From the NCBI GenBank assembly GCA_963663475.2, contig CAXXJV010000001.1, positions 2,688,001 through 2,752,000 of the forward strand: a stretch of DNA of 64,000 nt. The letters are read 5' to 3'. Source of the DNA: Candidatus Cloacimonadales bacterium (GTDB taxonomy: Bacteria; Cloacimonadota; Cloacimonadia; Cloacimonadales; JAFGVF01). Below are positions 1-5,296 of the stretch, in pieces (position 1 is the stretch's first letter; every line of letters starts with the position of its first letter). A program made the translations under genes and the position numbers. Under the pieces are notes generated by a model. That model was not told the DNA's origin. It did not search any database and worked only from the letters and a program-made list of their open reading frames with translations.

Positions 1-8
1 GAGGGTAA

Positions 9-197
9 ATGAATCCAGATAAAAAGCGTGTGGGGTGCTTGGTGCCACTTTGTCAGGAGAGTTGGTGCAGTACTAAGAGAAAGAGGTTCTGTGCCCTCAG
101 ACGCTGTTTTTTGGAGCATCAAAAGCAGGTACGTAAAGCTGTGGCAGGTAATGTAGAACTTTATCACTATGTGTACTACTGGAGAAAAAAGAAGTGA
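9..197 (+). CDS. small Cys-rich phage hypothetical protein
   Basis: GAGGG RBS before ATG; stop overlaps next GTG (GTGA). Confidence 0.55.
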   Translation: MNPDKKRVGCLVPLCQESWCSTKRKRFCALRRCFLEHQKQVRKAVAGNVELYHYVYYWRKKK

Positions 198-343
198 ATA
201 AGAAGTATAAGAAAATAAGAGTTAGGATTAAAGAACTTAAAGGCAGTGGGTTTCGGTTAAAAGACTGCTTTAAAATTGTAGCAGGGGAATTCTTTTTATC
301 TGAAGCAAGAGTGGCTGATATTTGGAGATTTAAGAAGAGTTGA
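194..343 (+). CDS. 49-aa basic protein, possible HTH (Mor/C C-terminal-like); not in ORF track
   Basis: GTG 194 to TGA 343, GGAG upstream; translation ...KIVAGEFFLSEARVADIWRFKKS. Confidence 0.55.
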   Translation: MNKKYKKIRVRIKELKGSGFRLKDCFKIVAGEFFLSEARVADIWRFKKS

Positions 344-352
344 AGGTTAAAG

Positions 353-397
353 AGCTTTTACACTAATTAGCACGAATTATAACGAATTAACACGAAT
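353..397 (+). repeat. ACACGAATTA-type short tandem repeat
   Basis: cactaattagcacgaattataacgaattaacacgaat; related copies at ~1533-1560, 4961-4999, 8118-8158, 11659-11680. Confidence 0.75.
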
Positions 398-408
398 AGG
401 AGAAAAGA

Positions 409-594
409 ATGAATGAAAAAAAAAAGCAATGTGTACACAAGTGGGTATTCATGGAGTCAAACAAGTTTTCTGAGTATAGAGGTAATCGAAATTATAATTA
501 CACTAAAATAGATAGATTTTACTGTGAGAAGTGTTTAAAAACTAAAGAAGTTAAACACGAAGAAACAAGTTATGAAAGACCAGACTGGTACTAA
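409..594 (+). CDS. small Zn-ribbon-like phage protein ending PDWY
   Basis: AGGAG RBS; CxH...YCxxC motif. Confidence 0.7.
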   Translation: MNEKKKQCVHKWVFMESNKFSEYRGNRNYNYTKIDRFYCEKCLKTKEVKHEETSYERPDWY

Positions 595-619
595 TAGGAG
601 AAGAGTGAGGAAACATCAA

Positions 620-838
620 ATGTGTAATTGCATAAAAGAACATTGCCGTGAGATGCGAAAGATACGAAAGGCTCCTAATGAAAGGGTGGGTTATAAGTAT
701 CAAATACCAGGTAAGAACAAGTATTTTTTACCTTTTAATGTAAGTAATGATAAATATGATACTATTGAAACAATAATCGTCCCAATGGTATTTTGTCCAT
801 TTTGTGGAGATAGGATAATTAGTAGAGATGATGAATAA
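620..838 (+). CDS. Zn-finger phage hypothetical protein (MCNC...FCPFCG)
   Basis: start moved to ATG 620 after GAGG; paired CxC/CxxC. Confidence 0.65.
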   Translation: MCNCIKEHCREMRKIRKAPNERVGYKYQIPGKNKYFLPFNVSNDKYDTIETIIVPMVFCPFCGDRIISRDDE

Positions 839-850
839 GGACTAACCACT

Positions 851-1573
851 ATGACCACAAAAGAGAAGATTAATCAGATATATAAGGAATTGATAGAGAT
901 TGTAGGGCTTGAAATCCTGGAAGTCAAGACCCTGCAATTTCTGCAAAGGTTGAAGAAGAAAGAAGTAGCCGGCAAGGATGCCAGCGCTCCCAGCAAAAGG
1001 GGAATAAGTGTAGATATTTATCAACAGATAGTGGAAGAACTTAACCAAAAGACAGGGAAACAATATCGCTGGAATACCACAGAGACAAAAGCCTTGATCA
1101 GAGCCAGGTTAAATGATGGCTTTAGTCCTGAAGACTTTAAAAAGGTGATATTTATTAAGTCAAAACAATGGTTAGGAGATGAAAAATTTACTCCATACTT
1201 GCGACCTAAGACTTTGTTTAGTAGTAAATTTGAGGGATATTTGCAAGAATGGTATTCTTATCAGAAGAAACTTGATCAACAGAAAGCAGAGTATGAGAAA
1301 GCTAAGAGGATTGAGAGAGGAGAAGCTGATCCTGAAATAAGCCAGGAAGAACTTCAAAAGCAAAAAGAGTGGGAGGAGTTGAGTAAGAAGCTACTCGCAA
1401 AGGCTAGTGATGAGGATTATAAGGAGTTTTATAAGCAACTTAAAGCACCCTTTAAACAGATGGCTTTTAAGAAGGGACTAGAAGATAACCTGGTGAAGTT
1501 GTATTATATACAGTGGTTGAAGATGAATCTATCCACGGATCACACTAATAACACGAATAAGGAGGAGAAATAA
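851..1573 (+). CDS. conserved phage C-terminal domain (Phg_2220_C-like) replication-associated protein
   Basis: LNQKTGKQY...IRARLNDG...DFKKVI...W...YLRPKTLFSSKFEGYL motif. Confidence 0.8.
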   Translation: MTTKEKINQIYKELIEIVGLEILEVKTLQFLQRLKKKEVAGKDASAPSKRGISVDIYQQIVEELNQKTGKQYRWNTTETKALIRARLNDGFSPEDFKKVIFIKSKQWLGDEKFTPYLRPKTLFSSKFEGYLQEWYSYQKKLDQQKAEYEKAKRIERGEADPEISQEELQKQKEWEELSKKLLAKASDEDYKEFYKQLKAPFKQMAFKKGLEDNLVKLYYIQWLKMNLSTDHTNNTNKEEK

Positions 1574-1574
1574 T

Positions 1575-1844
1575 ATGACAGAAGAAAAAAGAAAAGAAAA
1601 GAATGGCGGAGAGAATCTCCACCGTCCGACAGAAGAGACTAAAGGTGTTGTGCTCAACCCACTAAGTCAGGTGATTGAAGAAGAGAAGATTAAGAAAGTT
1701 GAAAATATGACTATGGACGAACTAAAAGAGATGTTAACCGGGATAGATAAAGACCTGAAGTATGTACGAAATCTAAGTGTGGAGTTGAACAAACAGAGGG
1801 ATAACTTACACAGATATATTAAGATAAGGAGGAGGAAGAGATGA
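1575..1844 (+). CDS. phage hypothetical protein (coiled coil)
   Basis: GGAGG RBS; ATGA overlap with next gene. Confidence 0.7.
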   Translation: MTEEKRKEKNGGENLHRPTEETKGVVLNPLSQVIEEEKIKKVENMTMDELKEMLTGIDKDLKYVRNLSVELNKQRDNLHRYIKIRRRKR

Positions 1845-2362
1845 AATTAAGTGACATTAGAGAAAGAGTTGTTTATGGAGTGAAGTTAAAAGAGAGGACA
1901 GATAACAAGTTAGAGGAGTTATTATTAGAAATCCAGCTAGATATAGAAGATGCAAAAACAAAGCTAAAAAACAAGAAAACAATAGACAAGGAAATAAGGA
2001 GACTTCTCAAGCTTAGGAAAAGAGGCTTAGACCCTGGACCAAGACCTAAGATAATACCACCTTCAAAACCTAAAAGAAATAACAATACAACTTCAGGAAC
2101 ATTTTTTAATCAAGAAGCTGTTAAAGAAAAACCTCCAAAACCACAAACACCAACAGTTCATAAATGTGAATGGATATTTAAAGAAAGTAAGAAAGATATG
2201 AAATATTTAGATGATGATGAGGCAGCTAATAAGTTTGTGGTCGAATATACCAAGACAAGCACGTATTACTGTAATAAGTGTTTGAGAGAGACAATAGTAA
2301 CCAGACAATTAATAGTGCCGGTTGATGAAGATATGAAAGCTATAGAGCCTGAGTGGTATTAG
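1841..2362 (+). CDS. phage hypothetical protein with C-terminal Zn-ribbon/PEWY domain
   Basis: GGAGG RBS; C-terminus resembles ORF 409-594. Confidence 0.7.
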   Translation: MKLSDIRERVVYGVKLKERTDNKLEELLLEIQLDIEDAKTKLKNKKTIDKEIRRLLKLRKRGLDPGPRPKIIPPSKPKRNNNTTSGTFFNQEAVKEKPPKPQTPTVHKCEWIFKESKKDMKYLDDDEAANKFVVEYTKTSTYYCNKCLRETIVTRQLIVPVDEDMKAIEPEWY

Positions 2363-2370
2363 GAGCAGAA

Positions 2371-2556
2371 ATGACAGACATTAGATTTGTGTATTCAATC
2401 ATAGAAAGTAAAGAAAGGCATATTGCTAATCGTAGAAAAGAGAAATTGTATTGGCGTAAAGATATACGGAAACACAAGAACTATATTAGAGGATTAGAAA
2501 CAGAACTTAACCACTATAAAAGTATTTTAAATAAGTTAACACGAGTAACATATTAA
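2371..2556 (+). CDS. phage hypothetical protein
   Basis: AGGAG RBS before ATG 2371. Confidence 0.6.
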   Translation: MTDIRFVYSIIESKERHIANRRKEKLYWRKDIRKHKNYIRGLETELNHYKSILNKLTRVTY

Positions 2557-2669
2557 CTTAATCATAATGCTTAAGAAGATATTTGAAAAGAGAAAGTCGG
2601 CAATAATAAATGAGAAAAATGTTGACCAATATGTGGAAAAGATAATTATTTGTGAAAAAAGGAGTGAAT

Positions 2670-3755
2670 ATGGAACTTATTATCTATGTATTAATTGGTT
2701 TAGTTATAATATCAATTGTTATCTATAGCAGAAAGCCAAAAGAGAATGAGCAAAAACCTAGTACAACCTTAAAGAAAGAAGATATCAAACCGAATAATAG
2801 CAATGTTGTAGAACTACAAGCTAATTTAGAAGTACAAATTGTGGATAAAGAAGAAGAAAACAAGAATGTTGAAGATGATAATCTTCAAGTTGAGTTAGCT
2901 AATTTTGACATGGAAGAAGATGATTATAGCAGTGATAAAGAGTATATGAAGTACATGAGAGAAGGCTTTTCTGAAGATGTATCGGATGAGATGCTTAAGG
3001 CATTAATTGATTTGCTTCATTCTGGAGAAGGGTATTATGGTTTTAGAGAAAAAATAAAAGGTTTATTACCACCAGATTTTTATTACAGATTTTATGATAA
3101 AGATAAGGACGTAAGTTTCAAAGGTTTAAAGAGTGCTTTAAATGTGATGAAAGTAATAACCAAACCAAATTATGTATGCAGTGGGTATTCAGAAAATTCT
3201 TTTTATTACTTTGATAATGAAGAAGATATTGATGCAAGATACTTTACAAGAGTTGAGACTTCAAGAGAGCATTATCAATCTTACATGCTAACACTGAACC
3301 TGAATGACATGAAGAAGATATTGCCTTTTAAGGTAAGAAAAAAAGATGATTATGTTAATGGGATACTTGATAGTGTTGATATTACGGAAGTTGTAGAAAA
3401 ACTTAGCATACCTAAAATGATAACTGTTGAAACTACTGATGAATTTGATCAGATTAGTGACAGTATAAAAGGATATAATGAATTAATTAACCCTAACCTT
3501 TATACGATGTTTAATACATTATTAAAGAAGCATTATAAATATAGAGACTATAAGCAAATGAAAGGAACAGTAGACTTTTTCCCTAAAATTGAAATAAGTG
3601 GAAATGTTGAATATTGTTGTGAGAATTGCAGAAGAAAAATGAAAATCATATCAGTTAATAAACTTCAGTTAAGAGATTTACCACCATACAGTGATTGTGT
3701 CAATGATGCAGAACCTTGTTCGATATATACTGAACTGAAAATGGAAGATGAATAA
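2670..3755 (+). CDS. membrane-anchored accessory (moron-like) protein with Cys-rich C-terminus
   Basis: GGAG RBS at ATG 2670; N-terminal TM helix, acidic linker, CCxxC...PPY..C...C. Confidence 0.75.
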   Translation: MELIIYVLIGLVIISIVIYSRKPKENEQKPSTTLKKEDIKPNNSNVVELQANLEVQIVDKEEENKNVEDDNLQVELANFDMEEDDYSSDKEYMKYMREGFSEDVSDEMLKALIDLLHSGEGYYGFREKIKGLLPPDFYYRFYDKDKDVSFKGLKSALNVMKVITKPNYVCSGYSENSFYYFDNEEDIDARYFTRVETSREHYQSYMLTLNLNDMKKILPFKVRKKDDYVNGILDSVDITEVVEKLSIPKMITVETTDEFDQISDSIKGYNELINPNLYTMFNTLLKKHYKYRDYKQMKGTVDFFPKIEISGNVEYCCENCRRKMKIISVNKLQLRDLPPYSDCVNDAEPCSIYTELKMEDE

Positions 3756-3774
3756 ATAAAAGAGAAATATAAGA

Positions 3775-3850
3775 GACCACCCCGTCTTTTTCGAAGCCAC
3801 CCCTCCACAGAGGGGAATTAAAGCGGGTTGGAAGCCCACGATTCCAGTTA
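3775..3850 (+). repeat. composite cluster of GC-rich palindromic repeats
   Basis: accaccccgtc...ccacccctccacagaggggaa followed by gcgggttggaagcccacgattccag. Confidence 0.7.
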
Positions 3851-3863
3851 ATTAAAATAATTC

Positions 3864-4108
3864 TTGACAGCGTGCAGTTCCTTCTTATTTTAGGAATTGC
3901 ACGTTCCTTAAGGGTTGAGCCTTGCCCTTATCAAAGGCTTTTGTTCTTTTATGCCAATGAAGGCAATGATAATAACTTCGATAACTTAAATAAAAAGTTA
4001 AAGGAGAGCCAATGATTGATAGTTCGGTGACGGCTATCACGTTACTTAAGGAACGGTGCAAATCTTGGCTCTCCTTTTTTTAATGCAAAAAACCTTAAGG
4101 AGCCTATA
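3864..4108 (+). promoter_or_regulatory. promoter and structured 5' leader (c4-like antisense/attenuator) of the antirepressor-like gene
   Basis: TTGACA 3864 with TATTTT 3886; 3898-3912 complementary to 4045-4060; perfect 13-bp stem 4000-4012/4065-4077 followed by a T-run. Confidence 0.6.
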
Positions 4109-4723
4109 ATGGCAAACGCAGTTGAAATTAACGGTCAGAACCTTCCTGTCCGCGAATATGAAGGAGTAAGAGTAGTTTTAGGTCAAGATGTTGCTAAAGT
4201 TCATCAAGTACAACCAGAATCAATTAACAAGTTATTCTACAGAAACAAAAAACACTTTGTTGAAAATGTCGATTATTTTAAACTAAGAGACAAAAAAGCC
4301 ATATACTCAATTTGTCCATATGCCTCTAAAAACGTAACTAAAGTTAATGTTTATACAGAGTCGGGATACTTAATGCTTGTTAAGACATTAACAGACGATT
4401 TGTCCTGGCAGGTACAGAGATTGCTTGTTAATAACTATTTCAAGGTACAGGAAATCAAGAAGGTATATGCCCAGAAGAAGCCGATAGTGGATTTGGTAAG
4501 TCTTTATCCTTTATTGGATGAAGTATATAAGCAGATACTGTATTATCGATTTGAGAAGGGATTAACCCAGGAAGAGACAGCAAAGATATTGGGAGTTGGG
4601 ATTAAAGCCATATACACAAGAGAGAGTGAGCTAAGAGCTGTTGGGATATCACTACCACAACAGAGACGAAATGGAGCTAAGTATCAGCTTACAGCACTAA
4701 AGTTATTGGCAGAGGTGAAATAA
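4109..4723 (+). CDS. ORF6N-domain antirepressor-like protein with C-terminal HTH
   Basis: EYEGVRVV...F.RNKKHF.E..DYF.L...TESGYLMLVKTLTDDLSWQVQRLLV..YF; GLTQEETAKILGV HTH. Confidence 0.85.
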   Translation: MANAVEINGQNLPVREYEGVRVVLGQDVAKVHQVQPESINKLFYRNKKHFVENVDYFKLRDKKAIYSICPYASKNVTKVNVYTESGYLMLVKTLTDDLSWQVQRLLVNNYFKVQEIKKVYAQKKPIVDLVSLYPLLDEVYKQILYYRFEKGLTQEETAKILGVGIKAIYTRESELRAVGISLPQQRRNGAKYQLTALKLLAEVK

Positions 4724-4932
4724 TGAAGTTAGAACTAAGAGAAAAGATAGAGAACTTGTTATTGGCTCAAGATGAATATGCCAGGTTGTTGGTTGAGGCT
4801 GGTAGAACTGGGACTCCTGTTAGTGGTGATATATACATAATGCTAAGTGATGCTAAGGATAGATTGATGGAAGAGATGAGGATGATGAGTGGGAATGGAG
4901 TTACAGAATTGTCGGAAGTCGCTACTTCGTGA
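4723..4932 (+). CDS. phage hypothetical protein coupled to the ORF6N gene
   Basis: TAATG overlap, GAGGTG RBS. Confidence 0.7.
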   Translation: MKLELREKIENLLLAQDEYARLLVEAGRTGTPVSGDIYIMLSDAKDRLMEEMRMMSGNGVTELSEVATS

Positions 4933-5035
4933 GCAAGACCCGTCATTAAGAGAAGACCTTCACACTAATTAAGGCGAATTAAAACGAATTACACGAATAA
5001 ATCTTGCTTGAAGCAAGAAAGTGATTAAGATATAA

Positions 5036-5258
5036 ATAGAAGCACCGAAAGAGCTTAATCCTCGTTTGATTGGTGTGGACGGCTGGAGTTGGATAAGCAG
5101 ACTACGAGCCCCTTGACGGAAAGGGCTAACCTGGAAGCGACGTTTGTTGATTCGTGGCGTGTTAGCGTCTTAATATTAACATAGAAGTGGAGAGAGAGCT
5201 TAATCCTCGTTTGATCAAAGCGGAAACTATGATATGATTAAGGTATCTGATAGACCAT
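5036..5258 (+). ncRNA. candidate structured non-coding RNA with two direct repeats
   Basis: exact 21-mer AGAGCTTAATCCTCGTTTGAT at 5050-5070 and 5195-5215; GC-rich multi-hairpin core; promoter-like TTGAAG-17-TATAAA (5008-5036); terminator downstream; no ORF in the track. Confidence 0.5.
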
Positions 5259-5295
5259 AAAAAAGGGAACACGATGTGCTCCCTTTTTCTTTTTA
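5259..5295. terminator. bidirectional intrinsic terminator
   Basis: AAAAAAGGGAACAC-GAT-GTGCTCCCTTTTT with A and T tails. Confidence 0.75.
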
Positions 5296-5296
5296 C

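Noticed and set aside
5050-5215. 21-nt direct repeats as a mini-CRISPR or att sites
   Set aside because: The 124-nt structured interval is too long for a spacer; no integrase, and the site is internal to the prophage.
5220-5258. Hammerhead ribozyme (CTGATAGA, GAAA nearby)
   Set aside because: Core does not match CUGANGA and I could not build the three stems.
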